Positions 28,649-40,046 of a stretch of 64,000 nt of DNA are shown here, piece by piece (within the stretch, counting starts at the first letter, position 1; each line of letters opens with the position of its first letter). Origin of the DNA: Methanobacteriota archaeon (GTDB lineage: Archaea > Thermoplasmatota > Thermoplasmata > SG8-5 > JAGLSY01). The stretch is from contig JAEHCO010000001.1 of assembly GCA_020697715.1 (NCBI GenBank), positions 2,222 through 66,221 on the forward strand, written 5' to 3'. The notes below the pieces were generated by a model that worked only from the letters and a program-made list of their open reading frames with translations, made no database searches and was not told the origin of the DNA. The position numbers and the translations under genes are program-made.

Positions 28649-31600
28649 TTAAGGAGTGTCTGGCTCCTCAGTTTCTTCAGCCTCTACCTCAGGTTCAGCC
28701 TCTGGTTCCGGTGTCTCTTCCGCAACCTCTGGTTTCCTTCCGCTTACTCCACGCTCTGCGAAGAAAACAGCCAGTGCTCCAAAGACTATGGCTGCAATCA
28801 ATGCTCCATAGGCCCATGTCGGGGTTTCTGAGACTGTTTCGGTTATTGTGACAGGGTCGGTAGTTTCATTGTTCCAAATGGTGTTGTTGTGATACTCGGG
28901 AATTGTGGTGTTGTGATACTCAGGAACCGTCTCATTGTTCCATATCGTGTTATTACTGTATTCAGTAACATTGTCCCAGACGGTTTGATTCACTGTCTGG
29001 TTATCCCATATTGTTTGATTGTTATATTCTATCACAATCAGAAAATCAGGATCCATATAGTCTGCCACGGTGTCATTATCAACATCTGATGGTATGGATG
29101 TATTGTCCAGTGGATCAAATCCACCAGCGATCTCTATGGCATCGTTCCAACCGTCCCAGTCATCGTCCAGATCTGCATTGTTACCGATTCCATCACCGTC
29201 TGTATCTGTATCCTCAGTTGGGTCTAGTGGGAGATCATCAGAGGTATCTGGAGTGCCATCATTATCATCATCTAGATCGGTTTTATCTGGATCCCCATCT
29301 CTGTCGGAATCCAGATTAACTGTTAGAATGAATGTTTGAGTATCGATTCCACCGTTACCATCGTCCACGATGATCTCAACATTGTAAGTGCCATCCTCAG
29401 TAGTGCTGGGTGTTCCGCTTATAATTCCACTGCTATCTATTGTAAGCCAACCAGTTGCGTTTCCTGCCAAGCTCCAGGTCGTTGATGGATCATCTGTGGA
29501 ATCATAATCCACCTCGTACAGTGCACCAGTGTTTGTAATTTCAATATCATTCGTTGTAATAATTGGTTCTGAATTTATCACTATGAGAGTGTAATTGAAG
29601 TATCCTTCTCGATTGATTGAATCTATTGCTGTGATATTGGCATAATATGTGCCCACATCTAAATTCTCTGGAGTTCCTGTCAGAACTCCAGAGTCTGAAA
29701 CAGACAACCAGCCAGTCATATTTGTATCAAGGTTCCAGTCAGTGATGGTGTTAAAGCCTGGATGAGGTTGAGGAGTACAATCAAGATCGATTACATAGAT
29801 CGAATCCTCCAAACATGTGTCCATAGCTGTAACTTGTGTAGTGGTCACTATTAGGGATATCGGCGTCAAGAAAGGATATGTTACCGTCTCCATAATGCCC
29901 CAGATATCAGTGAAATCCCAGCCTGTAAAAGTTAATTCCTGCTTCATCTCGATAGTGGTCTTGCCGATCCCGCTGGCAGTGCTCGGATTGCCGGATGTAT
30001 TGGTATCCCAGAAGCAGTTCATGGTGGAGTTAAGATCAATTCCTGCAAAGCCGCCAATTGAACTAGCTCCACTAGCATTTCCTGTGCTGTAGGAATTCAT
30101 AATAAAGCCAATAACATTATTTTGTCCAACAAAGCCACCGATCATACTACCGCTACTGGCATTACCAGTGCTATAGGAGTTCGTGATATCACCGCCATTA
30201 CATCCTACGAAGCCACCAACATTACCTGCAGTTCCGTTGGCACTGCTAGTACTGTAGCAGTTCGTGATAGCACCAATATTATATCCTACGAAGCCACCGA
30301 TCCACTGAACTCCGCTGATGACACCACCAGTGCTGTAGCAGTTCGTGATGGAGCCGTCATTATTATATCCTGCAAAACCACCAACATAATTTCCACTTCC
30401 AATGGCACTGGCACTAGCATCGCCAGAGCTATAGCAGTTTGAAATGGTGGCGCCGGGAGCATTTCGACCTACAAAACCACCAACATAATCACTAATTCCA
30501 AATATCCCACTAGCACTTGCACTGCCAGTACTGTAGCAATTCATTATAGAATCAGCATTCTGGCCAACGAAACCTCCAATATATAATTCGTACCCTATGG
30601 CATTCCCAATACTGTAGCAGTTTGTGATGGGGCCATCGTTCTGGCCAACGAAACCTCCTATCTGGATCGTACCGCTGGCACTGTCTGTGCTATAGGAGTT
30701 GGAAATATTGCCAGCATTACTTCCGATGAAACCACCTATATTACTATTGCCAGATGCACTGCCCTGGCAGTATGAATTGGTGATTGTGTTCGTATTCGCT
30801 CCGGCGAAGCCACCAACATAGGTTCCCCCGTTAGTGTTTCCGGTTGAATAGCAGTCGTCAATATTATTCTCATTGATTCCCACAAAACCACCTACATTAT
30901 CACCACTGCCTGTAACCATCCCAGTTGAATAACTGGAAGTGATCGGACCATGGTTCCAGCCCACAAAACCTCCGAATTTGTTACTTGTCGAATTTACTAG
31001 TCCCGTACTATAACAAATATCAATTATGTGACCAAAGGTGCTGTATCCCATGAAGCCGCCAATAGTTCCAGCCCCCGAAACATTACCTGTACTGTAACTG
31101 TTGGTTATTGAGCCCCCATTTCCACCAGATCCGGCAAAGCCCCCACTGTATGAGCCTGAAACATCCCCAGTGCTGTAGCAGTATGAAATGTCAGTATTAG
31201 TAGCCATATTGCCGATAAAACCGCCAGTTGATTGTGGGCCTGATACAAGACCTGTGGCATAGCAGTTGGTTATTTCTCTCGATGAATGGAATCCAGTAAA
31301 TCCCCCGGCATTATTACCGATGGCAGTAGCATTGCCAGTTGCATAGCAATTATTAATTGTGCTTTGACTTGTACCGACAAATCCTCCAACACGATCACCT
31401 GTTCCAGTTGCATCACCTGTACTAAAACAATTAACGATTATTCCATTGAAACCACTATCATGTCCAATAAAGCCACCGACATCATCTCGCCCATCGGCTG
31501 AGCCAGTGCTGTAACAGTTAGTTAATTGACTGTCATCATTCAATCCAATAAACCCACCAATCTCATCAGATGTACCAATTGCTGTTGCTTCGCTGTGGCT

Positions 31601-32359
31601 GTCAGAAACCGTACCATAATTTACTCCTAAGAGCCCTCCAACCTGATTGGAGCCCGAAGCGATACCAATACTACTGAGGTTTTGCAATGAGCCAGCACTG
31701 AGCCCGATCAAAACACCAATATAGACATTGCCAGTGGATGTGCCGTTGGAATTACAATCACTTATGATTGATGAACCACTTGAGGAACCAAGCAAGAGCC
31801 CTGCATAGCTGGTATTTGTATTTACTGAACCCTGACAGGAGATCCCCGTAATGATCCCTGAAGCACTACCGGCTAAACCTCCAACAGTATGATTACCTTT
31901 TATGTTAAGGCCAATGAAGATGATGTCCCTGATCTCGCTGTTTGGACCGGCATGACCAAAAAGTCCGACATAGCGTTGAGAGGAACGGTTGATGAAAAGG
32001 TCATTAATACTGTAGCCCTGGCCATCTAAGGAACCTTGAAAATCATCGACCCAATTACCAATTGGATCAAAACCCTCGAAGGCAGAACCATTTAAGTTCC
32101 ATGTTGAGGTCGCGCTGGCATCGATATCATTCATCAGAACATAATGGGCATTCAGATCCAGCTCCATTTCCTGAAGCTGGTTCACATTTGTTACCTGATA
32201 TGGATCTCCAGGAGTTCCGACACCCCCGCCTGAGAACAATGGGGCAGGAACTATCTCCATTCCCTCAACATCCGTAGTCATGTCCAGCATCACGAATGAT
32301 GAGCTGAAGATCATAGCTAAACTTATCAATAATGTAATAGATTTTTTCATATCCTTCAC
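28649..32359 (-). CDS. Giant surface protein with GLUG-motif repeat array, Ig-like domains, TSP3-like Ca-binding repeats, NxT sequon stalk, TM anchor
   Basis: 1236 aa; signal peptide; more than 20 repeats of VGGFVGxNxGxITNCYSTG type; C-terminal module paralogous to 26090-28591 and 32416-35610. Confidence 0.75.
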   Translation of the reverse strand: MKDMKKSITLLISLAMIFSSSFVMLDMTTDVEGMEIVPAPLFSGGGVGTPGDPYQVTNVNQLQEMELDLNAHYVLMNDIDASATSTWNLNGSAFEGFDPIGNWVDDFQGSLDGQGYSINDLFINRSSQRYVGLFGHAGPNSEIRDIIFIGLNIKGNHTVGGLAGSASGIITGISCQGSVNTNTSYAGLLLGSSSGSSIISDCNSNGTSTGNVYIGVLIGLSAGSLQNLSSIGIASGSNQVGGLLGVNYGTVSDSHSEATAIGTSDEIGGFIGLNDDSQLTNCYSTGSADGRDDVGGFIGHDSGFNGIIVNCFSTGDATGTGDRVGGFVGTSQSTINNCYATGNATAIGNNAGGFTGFHSSREITNCYATGLVSGPQSTGGFIGNMATNTDISYCYSTGDVSGSYSGGFAGSGGNGGSITNSYSTGNVSGAGTIGGFMGYSTFGHIIDICYSTGLVNSTSNKFGGFVGWNHGPITSSYSTGMVTGSGDNVGGFVGINENNIDDCYSTGNTNGGTYVGGFAGANTNTITNSYCQGSASGNSNIGGFIGSNAGNISNSYSTDSASGTIQIGGFVGQNDGPITNCYSIGNAIGYELYIGGFVGQNADSIMNCYSTGSASASGIFGISDYVGGFVGRNAPGATISNCYSSGDASASAIGSGNYVGGFAGYNNDGSITNCYSTGGVISGVQWIGGFVGYNIGAITNCYSTSSANGTAGNVGGFVGCNGGDITNSYSTGNASSGSMIGGFVGQNNVIGFIMNSYSTGNASGASSIGGFAGIDLNSTMNCFWDTNTSGNPSTASGIGKTTIEMKQELTFTGWDFTDIWGIMETVTYPFLTPISLIVTTTQVTAMDTCLEDSIYVIDLDCTPQPHPGFNTITDWNLDTNMTGWLSVSDSGVLTGTPENLDVGTYYANITAIDSINREGYFNYTLIVINSEPIITTNDIEITNTGALYEVDYDSTDDPSTTWSLAGNATGWLTIDSSGIISGTPSTTEDGTYNVEIIVDDGNGGIDTQTFILTVNLDSDRDGDPDKTDLDDDNDGTPDTSDDLPLDPTEDTDTDGDGIGNNADLDDDWDGWNDAIEIAGGFDPLDNTSIPSDVDNDTVADYMDPDFLIVIEYNNQTIWDNQTVNQTVWDNVTEYSNNTIWNNETVPEYHNTTIPEYHNNTIWNNETTDPVTITETVSETPTWAYGALIAAIVFGALAVFFAERGVSGRKPEVAEETPEPEAEPEVEAEETEEPDTP

Positions 32360-32415
32360 CCGGCTTCCTCTGAATGGGAATCGGGTGGCAAGATAATAAC
32401 ATTTCCGTAATATTG

Positions 32416-35400
32416 TTAAGAAATGTCTGGCTCCCCTTGCCCTTCAGCCTCAACCTCAATTTCAGCATCTGGCTCTGGAGATCCTTCCACACCCTCCGGC
32501 TTTCCACCACTTCCACCTCTGGTGAATCCAATAACAGCCAGCACACCCATAACGACAGCCGCGATGACCGCGCCCCAGGCCCATGCCGGGGTCTCGATGA
32601 CCGTGTCCTGTGTGGATGGATCGGCGGTGCCATTATTCCAAACAGTTGTATTATGATATTCTGGAATTGTGTTATTGGCCCATTCGGTCGTGTTGTGGTA
32701 TTCTGGAATTGTCTCATTGTTCCATATTGTTTGATTGTGATACTCTGGAACTGTCTCATTGTTCCAGATGGTCTGATTGTTGTACTCTGGAACTGTCTCA
32801 TTGTTCCAGATGGTCTGATTGTTGTACTCTGTGACAATGAGGAAATCAGAATCCATGAAATCCGCTATGCCGTCATTGTCATCGTCTGGTGGAAGATCAG
32901 TGTCATCCAATGGGTCAAATCCACCTGCAATTTCGACTGCATCGTCCCAGTTATCATTGTCATCATCATCATCCACCGAATCGTCAATTCCATCGCCATC
33001 ATTATCTGATACCATTGTCGGATCAAGTGGGAAGTCATCAGAGGTATCTGGAGTGCCGTCATTGTCATCGTCCAGGTCTGTGGTGTCCGGTTGACCGTCA
33101 TTGTCTGTATCCAGATCCACAGTAAGGGTGAATATCCGGGTGTCATTGGCACCGTTCCCATCATCAACTGTGACCTCGACATTGTAGATACCTGCCTGCG
33201 CATTGTTGGGTGTTCCGGACAATATTCCGTCATTGTCTATTGAAAGCCAGCCTGTGACATTACCGGACAGGTTCCAGGTCGTGGATGGGTCATCTGTGGA
33301 ATCATAATCGACCGAGTACAATGCTCCAGTGTTGGTGCTCGGAACATCTGGGGTTGTTATACTGGGGCCCATGTTCTCCACATCGAAGGTGTAATTATAG
33401 AAGCCTTGGTGGCCCACAGGATCCGTGGCCGTGATATTTGCATAGTATGTGCCTACATCCACGTTCAAAGGAGTTCCAGATATTACTCCAAATGAGGATA
33501 TGGACAGCCAGCCTGTGGCATCGGTTTCCAAGCCCCATTGCATCATGCCAGATCCAGGAAGAGGTTGAAGGGCTGAATCAAAAACGATCATGTAATTTGA
33601 ATCTTCAATAGCCGTGTCCATCATGGTCACTTGCCCTGTCGAGATAATTGTGGAGAACGGAGTCAGGTATGGGTATGAAGTGGTCTCCATAATGCCCCAG
33701 ACATTTGTGAAGTTCCATGGCGGGTTGAATGTCGCTTGCTGCTTCATCTCAGCAGTGGTCTTACCAGTTGCACCAGTAAGTCCGCCAGCGCCGATTCCTA
33801 TTCCTGTTACAGAAGTGTCGGTATCCCAAAAACAATCTATGATAGCGCCAGAATTGTTATATCCGGCAAAGCCACCCGAATTGAGATTACCGATTGCCCT
33901 ACCTGTGCTGTAACAATTCTTTATCGTGCCAATGCCCCATACATATCCTGTGAATCCACCAACCCGGTCATTACCAATAGCATTTCCCATGCTGTAGCAG
34001 TTCGCGATGATACCGTGGTTCTGTCCTGAAAAACCACCAACATATTCAATTGTTCCAATAGAGCTCCCAGTACTGTAGCAGGCAGTGATCGATCCAACTT
34101 CATTGATACCCACAAAACCACCAACATAACTATCTGTTCCAGTTGCACCCCCTGTGCTGTAGCTTGCCGTTATCGGTCCTTCGTTCCATCCTACAAAACC
34201 ACCAATATACATATGTCCACTGGCACTACCTGTGCTGTAGCAATTTGTGATCGTGCCGACATTGGTCATAAACCCCGCGAAGCCCCCAACATAATCAAAA
34301 ATTCCTGTGGCACTGCCAGTGCTGTAGCAATTTGTGACCTGGCTATTATCAATATATCCAACGAAACCACCAACATACATATCTCCATTTACAATACCGG
34401 TGCTGTATGAGTTTATGATCGTGCCGCCAATATTAAATCCAACGAAGCCGCCGACATAATGATCGATCGATGTGGCATCTCCTGTGCTGTAGCAGTTAGA
34501 GGCGGTATTGCCATTAAGACCGATGAAGCCGCCGACATTGTTAGCACCGCTGGCATCTCCTGTGCTGTAGCAGTTAGAGACGGGATTGCCATTAAGACCG
34601 ATGAAGCCACCGACATGATCATCACCACTGGCATTGCCAGTACTGTAGCAGTTAGAGACGAGATTGTTATTAAGACCGATGAAGCCACCATAATAATCTC
34701 CCGATGCAAAAGAGATGGCATTGCCGGTGCTGTAGCAGTTTGTTATAGTGCCACTGTTACTTCCTGTGAATCCTCCTGCATAATCATCGACCCCATTGGC
34801 ATCTCCCGTACTATAGCAATTTATTATGTCTGCCTGATTTTGGCCTACAAAGCCTCCTGTATACTCAACTGCGGTTGACGTGCCAGTACTGTAGCAATTG
34901 GAGATATTACCTACAAAATTAAGTCCTACAAATCCACCAGCGGTCCATGAGATACCATTTACAGAACTGGTACTGTAGCAGTAAGTGATAGTGCCACCAT
35001 TATTTGTTCCAACAAGCCCGCCAACATCAAAGATTCCAGTTACGTATCCTGTGCTGTAACAGTCAGTGATCGTGCCCATATTTCTTGCAACCAAGCCTCC
35101 AACAGTATCTTGGCCATCTATATCTGAATTGTTCAGGCCAATGCCAGTTAAGCTGGCTGTTTCGCTGATAATGCCAAAGAGGCCAACTTGATCTGTGGTG
35201 GAACGGTTTATTATCAAATTAATTATTTCAAAGCCCTGGCCATCCAGAGAGCCATTGAACTTCGATGTGGTATTACCAATTGGTGTAAACCCTGCGCCAG
35301 AATCCCAGATATTGGTAATTGTGGCATCGATATCATTGCCCAATACGTAACTTGCATTCATGTCCAAGCGTATGTAATACAAATCAAGAACATCCTCCAC

Positions 35401-35610
35401 AATGTAAGGGTTGCCAATACTACCATCTCCACCACCGAAAGCTCCTCCGGCAAGTGGGACAGGGCCGGGAACAATTTCCTCACCCTCTACATTCGCGGTC
35501 ATATCCAGCATCACAAAAAGTGAGCTGAGAACTAGCATAGAACTGATAATTAATGTGGCTGTTTTCTTCATGATATCATTTCCCCTATCAATGTGAGGGA
35601 AATGCACCAT
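32416..35610 (-). CDS. Giant surface protein, paralog of 28649-32359 (GLUG repeats, Ig-like, TSP3-like repeats, sequon stalk, TM anchor)
   Basis: 1064 aa; same architecture and near-identical C-terminal module; downstream flank ATAATAACATTTCCGTAATATTGTTAAG duplicated after both paralogs. Confidence 0.75.
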   Translation of the reverse strand: MVHFPHIDRGNDIMKKTATLIISSMLVLSSLFVMLDMTANVEGEEIVPGPVPLAGGAFGGGDGSIGNPYIVEDVLDLYYIRLDMNASYVLGNDIDATITNIWDSGAGFTPIGNTTSKFNGSLDGQGFEIINLIINRSTTDQVGLFGIISETASLTGIGLNNSDIDGQDTVGGLVARNMGTITDCYSTGYVTGIFDVGGLVGTNNGGTITYCYSTSSVNGISWTAGGFVGLNFVGNISNCYSTGTSTAVEYTGGFVGQNQADIINCYSTGDANGVDDYAGGFTGSNSGTITNCYSTGNAISFASGDYYGGFIGLNNNLVSNCYSTGNASGDDHVGGFIGLNGNPVSNCYSTGDASGANNVGGFIGLNGNTASNCYSTGDATSIDHYVGGFVGFNIGGTIINSYSTGIVNGDMYVGGFVGYIDNSQVTNCYSTGSATGIFDYVGGFAGFMTNVGTITNCYSTGSASGHMYIGGFVGWNEGPITASYSTGGATGTDSYVGGFVGINEVGSITACYSTGSSIGTIEYVGGFSGQNHGIIANCYSMGNAIGNDRVGGFTGYVWGIGTIKNCYSTGRAIGNLNSGGFAGYNNSGAIIDCFWDTDTSVTGIGIGAGGLTGATGKTTAEMKQQATFNPPWNFTNVWGIMETTSYPYLTPFSTIISTGQVTMMDTAIEDSNYMIVFDSALQPLPGSGMMQWGLETDATGWLSISSFGVISGTPLNVDVGTYYANITATDPVGHQGFYNYTFDVENMGPSITTPDVPSTNTGALYSVDYDSTDDPSTTWNLSGNVTGWLSIDNDGILSGTPNNAQAGIYNVEVTVDDGNGANDTRIFTLTVDLDTDNDGQPDTTDLDDDNDGTPDTSDDFPLDPTMVSDNDGDGIDDSVDDDDDNDNWDDAVEIAGGFDPLDDTDLPPDDDNDGIADFMDSDFLIVTEYNNQTIWNNETVPEYNNQTIWNNETVPEYHNQTIWNNETIPEYHNTTEWANNTIPEYHNTTVWNNGTADPSTQDTVIETPAWAWGAVIAAVVMGVLAVIGFTRGGSGGKPEGVEGSPEPDAEIEVEAEGQGEPDIS
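32657..32840 (-). repeat. In-frame 42-bp tandem repeat (about 4.4 copies, two identical) encoding 14-aa double-sequon units (PEYHNQTIWNNETV)
   Basis: Units start at 32657, 32699, 32741, 32783, 32825; 32741-32782 is identical to 32783-32824. Confidence 0.8.
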
Positions 35611-35642
35611 ATGGCATAATTACTTTTAGATTGTTAATTGAA

Positions 35643-36680
35643 TTACAACAGCTTGCCCCACCTGGAAGGTTCCCTGCCCTTCCAGTTGCCCTTGTTGTAA
35701 GCATACCCGGCTATCAGCGGCAATGCGATGGTGGCCTCTGCCCAAACCATCTGCTCATGGTTGGTCTCTACTTTTCCCCATGAACTGGCTTCCTTCAGGG
35801 TGCTGCCGGATAATGCGCCATCGCGCTCGTCAGCCACTGTGATCTGTATCGCGTATTTGTGCATGCGGACATCCTCCAGGAGCTTGCCAGATGGGTCAAC
35901 TTCGACACCCAGGACAGTGTCCTGTACGAAGTTCTTGGGCACTCCGCCGCCTATCATGAAGATGCCGGATTGCTTGCTGGCTGTTACCAAGGCTACCAGT
36001 TCCCTGAAATCAGCGACCGAATCAATGCTCAGATGCAGATCCGGGTTCTGACGCTGGTGATCCAATAGACCGAATCCCGCACTGCAATCCGAGAAAGCTG
36101 GGCAGAAGATCGGAACATCCATCTTGTAGGCCGCGTGAATGACCGAGTCATCCACCTTCGGTCCCTGTTCATCCAGATACTTGCCCATCTCCTTGATGAA
36201 CTCGCGAGATGAATAGGGGCGCTTTTCGAGTTTGTCCGCTATCACTTTCACTGTCTGGTCGCACACGCGCAATTCTTCTTCATCTATGAACGTATCATAT
36301 ATTCTATCAATATGTAATTCGCGGAGATCATTGTCATCCACAAATGGTGTGCCGATGTAGTGCTTGAATCCAATGGCCTCGAAGAAATCCATGTCCACAA
36401 TTACCGCGCCAGTCGAGACAATTGCATCGATCATATTGTTCATTATCATGTCATGAACAATTTTCTTCAAACCTGCTGAGAAGAGGGAGCCGGACATACA
36501 AAGGATCACCTTGCAATCATGGTCAGCCAGCATCATGTCGTATATCTTGGCCGCGCGTGATAGATTGCGAGCCTGGAAAGCCATGCTGGACATCGACTCC
36601 ACGATATCTACAACGTCATGCTCTTTCATGTCATAATGCTCTATCAGGTCTTTGAGAAGGTCTTCTTTTTTCAGGTTCAT
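35643..36680 (-). CDS. dys: Deoxyhypusine synthase
   Basis: 345 aa; DHS motifs including MIGGGVPKNF and NAD-binding segment ILCMSGSLFSAGL. Confidence 0.85.
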   Translation of the reverse strand: MNLKKEDLLKDLIEHYDMKEHDVVDIVESMSSMAFQARNLSRAAKIYDMMLADHDCKVILCMSGSLFSAGLKKIVHDMIMNNMIDAIVSTGAVIVDMDFFEAIGFKHYIGTPFVDDNDLRELHIDRIYDTFIDEEELRVCDQTVKVIADKLEKRPYSSREFIKEMGKYLDEQGPKVDDSVIHAAYKMDVPIFCPAFSDCSAGFGLLDHQRQNPDLHLSIDSVADFRELVALVTASKQSGIFMIGGGVPKNFVQDTVLGVEVDPSGKLLEDVRMHKYAIQITVADERDGALSGSTLKEASSWGKVETNHEQMVWAEATIALPLIAGYAYNKGNWKGREPSRWGKLL

Positions 36681-36889
36681 ATGATCACATCTTATTGATT
36701 AGATAATTAATATTTGTAATGATAATAGATATTTAGTTCTTTTCAAAGAAGGCCTTAAACTTTAATTATTCGATAGATATTACCATCGGACATAAGGGAT
36801 GCATTCGAAGATCGGCCTTTATTGCAAGGCCAGCTTGTCTAATTAATATGGTAAATGCCAGCATTCCTTAATATCAACATAATGAAGGG

Positions 36890-38953
36890 ATGGAAATGGC
36901 AGTCTCAACAGCAGAGAAATTGGCGCAGGGTCAGAAAGAGATATCGATCGGAGAGTTCTTCCAGAGGAACAAGCAGATCCTGGGATTCGACTCATTGACC
37001 AGAGCTTTATTGACATCTGTGAAAGAGGGTGTGGACAATTCTCTGGATGCTTGCGAGGAAGCCGGAATTTTACCAGATATTTATGTCGAGATCGAGCAGA
37101 TATCCAAGATCGAGTTCAAGATCACGATGGAGGATAATGGACCCGGCATTGTCAAGCGACAGATCGCCAATGTCTTCGGCCGGCTTCTGTATGGTTCCAG
37201 GTTCCATGCGATCCGCCAATCCCGTGGCCAGCAGGGTATTGGGATTTCAGCCGTTGTAATGTACGGTCAGCTGACAACCGGAAAACCAACTTACGTTATT
37301 TCCAAGACCGAGAAGGAAGAGGCCGCCCACTGGATGAACCTCGTGCTCAATACGAAGAAGAATCGAGCGGACATTATCGAAGAAGATTTCAAGATCTGGG
37401 AGGGCAAGGAGCATGGAACCCGAATTGAAGTTTATGTCAATGCCCGATATACCGCGGGTAAGCAATCGGTTCTCGAATATCTGAAGGGAACTGCAATTGT
37501 CAACCCACATGCTCATATCACTTTCAAAGACCCGGCTGGGGAGATCCATGAGTTCAAGCGCGTGAGTGAGGATATACCACGCCAGACCAAGGAAGTCAAG
37601 CCACATCCGAAAGGAATAGAACTTGGCCATTTCCACAATATGGCCAAGGCATCCAGTCATCGCCGCATGGTCGCGTTTCTAACTGACGAGTTCTCCAGGG
37701 TCAGCCCCCGTGTTGCCAAAGAGATACTTGAGAAGGCCGGGGTTCGGGAGAAGAAAAGCCCCAAGACCCTGAGCATCCAGGAAGCGAAGGCAGTTGTCAA
37801 GGCCATCGATGCAGTGAAGATCATGGCTCCCCAGACCGATTGCCTGTCACCCATTGGCCCCACGCTTATCAAGAAGGGGCTGCGTAATGTTCTCAGTGGT
37901 CTTAAACCGAAGTTCTACGCGCCCCCTATCACTCGTGATCCGAGTGTTTACTCCGGCCACCCATTCCAAGTTGAGGTCGGTATGGTCTATGGAGGCCAGC
38001 TACCCAAGGACAAGCAAGTGGAGATACTCAGATTCGCCAATCGCGTGCCGTTGCTGTACCAGCAGGGTGGGGATGTGATCACCAATGCCATCTCCAAGGT
38101 GGACTGGCGGCGCTATGGACTTGAACAACGTGGCGGCAAGGGAATTCCCTATGGGCCAGCGGTAATCCTCGTGCATGTGGCTTCCACCCAGATACCTTTC
38201 ACCAGCGAGTCCAAAGACGCGATCGCCAATATCAAGATCATCGACAGCGAGATAGAGCGGGCGTTGAGATTATGCGCCCGTAAATTAAAATCACATCTCA
38301 GCAAGAGCGCGACCAAGGCCAAGAATCGAGAGAAGTTCAATATTGTTCAGATATTGCTTCCGGAGATCGCGAAGAAATCCGCCAATATCGTGGGCAAGCC
38401 AGTGCCCAAACTTGGCAAGACCATCACCAGCATCATGGACGTGATCTGGATAGATGATTCCATCGAGTATGACAAGAAGAGGCACAAGGTGCAGGTTGAC
38501 GTATATAATTACACATCGACCATCAAGAAAATGAAACTGTACGCGGAGCTTCCGATGGATGATATCGATATGAAGAAGTTCGATCCGGAGCCTGATGATA
38601 TAAATGGCGACAAGGTGCAGTGGAATATTAATAGGATAGCCAGTACCGACAGCTATCCTATTAAATTCGAATTAAAGGGTCTGGAAAAGGAAGAGTTCAA
38701 CGATGTTGAGGTTTATTTCAGTGATATGAACCCGGCCATCGTGATCGGAGCCGACATGCTGCCGGGCGACTGGAACCTGGATGATAAAAGGATCACGGCA
38801 GCGGCGCAGTCCTTGTTTGACTATGACGAGGCCGTGAGCAAGACCAAGAAACCGGACGATGATGATGATCTGGACTATGACGATGTGGCCGAGGTCCTGG
38901 ATGATGACAATGGCATTGGAGATAGTGCGGAGGTGATCTCAAATGACGAATAG
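36890..38953 (+). CDS. top6B: DNA topoisomerase VI subunit B
   Basis: 687 aa; GHKL/Bergerat ATPase motifs (EGVDNSLDA, GxxGxG-like loop), transducer domain, acidic C-terminus; overlaps top6A start by 11 nt. Confidence 0.9.
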   Translation: MEMAVSTAEKLAQGQKEISIGEFFQRNKQILGFDSLTRALLTSVKEGVDNSLDACEEAGILPDIYVEIEQISKIEFKITMEDNGPGIVKRQIANVFGRLLYGSRFHAIRQSRGQQGIGISAVVMYGQLTTGKPTYVISKTEKEEAAHWMNLVLNTKKNRADIIEEDFKIWEGKEHGTRIEVYVNARYTAGKQSVLEYLKGTAIVNPHAHITFKDPAGEIHEFKRVSEDIPRQTKEVKPHPKGIELGHFHNMAKASSHRRMVAFLTDEFSRVSPRVAKEILEKAGVREKKSPKTLSIQEAKAVVKAIDAVKIMAPQTDCLSPIGPTLIKKGLRNVLSGLKPKFYAPPITRDPSVYSGHPFQVEVGMVYGGQLPKDKQVEILRFANRVPLLYQQGGDVITNAISKVDWRRYGLEQRGGKGIPYGPAVILVHVASTQIPFTSESKDAIANIKIIDSEIERALRLCARKLKSHLSKSATKAKNREKFNIVQILLPEIAKKSANIVGKPVPKLGKTITSIMDVIWIDDSIEYDKKRHKVQVDVYNYTSTIKKMKLYAELPMDDIDMKKFDPEPDDINGDKVQWNINRIASTDSYPIKFELKGLEKEEFNDVEVYFSDMNPAIVIGADMLPGDWNLDDKRITAAAQSLFDYDEAVSKTKKPDDDDDLDYDDVAEVLDDDNGIGDSAEVISNDE

Positions 38954-40046
38954 TGACGACAGACACCAGAAAGCAGTGGAAGAGCTTTACAAGATAGCGG
39001 ACAGCGTGTACAAGCAGATCGATAAAGGCCAGATACCGAAGATGGAGATCCCGCTGAGGTCGAAGAAAAATATTCAATTCGCTCCCAGAAAAGGCGTATG
39101 GAAATACGGGAACATGAAAGGCGTACGCAGTGCGAAGAAGCTCAATGGGGCCTACATGCTCCTGCGAACGATGTACATGCTGGAGTTCATCCAGGACATG
39201 ATCAAGGACAGCAAATCATCCACCCTGAGAGAAATGTACTACATATCCGAGGGCTGGGACAAGGGCAAGTTCGGGTCCCAGGACGAGTCAAATAATCTGG
39301 CCGAGGACCTTGAGATAATTACAGCGTGTATGAGGGAGGACTTCAAGCTCCGCCCTGAAGAGGATGGAGCCAGAGTTATCGGCAATCTCACTTTGGAAGA
39401 GGTCAACAGAAAGGGAATTAAAAAGAGAATAAACTGCCAGGACGATGTCGGCGACAGTGGATACAGCATACCGTACAATGTGGAATCCGACAAGGTGAAC
39501 TTCATCGAGACCGATGCGAAGTTCGTCATGGCTGTCGAAACTGGTGGTATGTTCGACAGGTTGGTGGAGAATGGATTTGACGAGGATTCAAATGCAATTG
39601 TACTGCATCTCAAGGGACAGCCAGCGAGATCAACCAGGCGGATGATGAAGCGACTGAACGAGGAGATGAATCTACCAATTCTCGTATTCACGGATTGCGA
39701 TCCATGGTCCTTCAGAATTTATTCATCGATAGCATACGGGGCCATAAAGACAGCTCACATTTCAGAATACCTGGCCTGTCCAAGTGCGGTGTACATCGGC
39801 ATAACCACCGACGACATACTGACCTACGACCTGCCGACCGACAAATTAAACGCACAAGATGTCAAGGCACTCAAGTCCGAGCTAACAGACCCGAGGTTCA
39901 AGGATAGGTTCTGGCGCGATGAGATCGAGCTGATGTTAAAAATAAACAAAAAAGCAGAACAGCAAGCACTGGCCAAGTATGGTCTGAACTTCGTGACGGA
40001 TAAGTATCTGCCGGAGAAGTTGACGGAACTGGGTATGCTGGATTAA
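38943..40046 (+). CDS. top6A: DNA topoisomerase VI subunit A (Spo11-like)
   Basis: 367 aa; winged-helix region and Toprim segment ([17 protein letters not shown]) characteristic of Top6A/Spo11. Confidence 0.9.
   Translation: MTNSDDRHQKAVEELYKIADSVYKQIDKGQIPKMEIPLRSKKNIQFAPRKGVWKYGNMKGVRSAKKLNGAYMLLRTMYMLEFIQDMIKDSKSSTLREMYYISEGWDKGKFGSQDESNNLAEDLEIITACMREDFKLRPEEDGARVIGNLTLEEVNRKGIKKRINCQDDVGDSGYSIPYNVESDKVNFIETDAKFVMAVETGGMFDRLVENGFDEDSNAIVLHLKGQPARSTRRMMKRLNEEMNLPILVFTDCDPWSFRIYSSIAYGAIKTAHISEYLACPSAVYIGITTDDILTYDLPTDKLNAQDVKALKSELTDPRFKDRFWRDEIELMLKINKKAEQQALAKYGLNFVTDKYLPEKLTELGMLD

Noticed and set aside
32265-32837. 190-aa minus-strand ORF with repetitive TMRQFQ units
   Set aside because: It is an alternative reading frame of the 42-bp tandem repeat and promoter region; the in-frame reading belongs to the GLUG surface protein.
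32657-32840. Possible CRISPR array suggested by perfect short tandem repeats
   Set aside because: Units are directly adjacent with no spacers, the period is 42 bp, and they are in-frame coding sequence for a sequon repeat; no cas genes are present.
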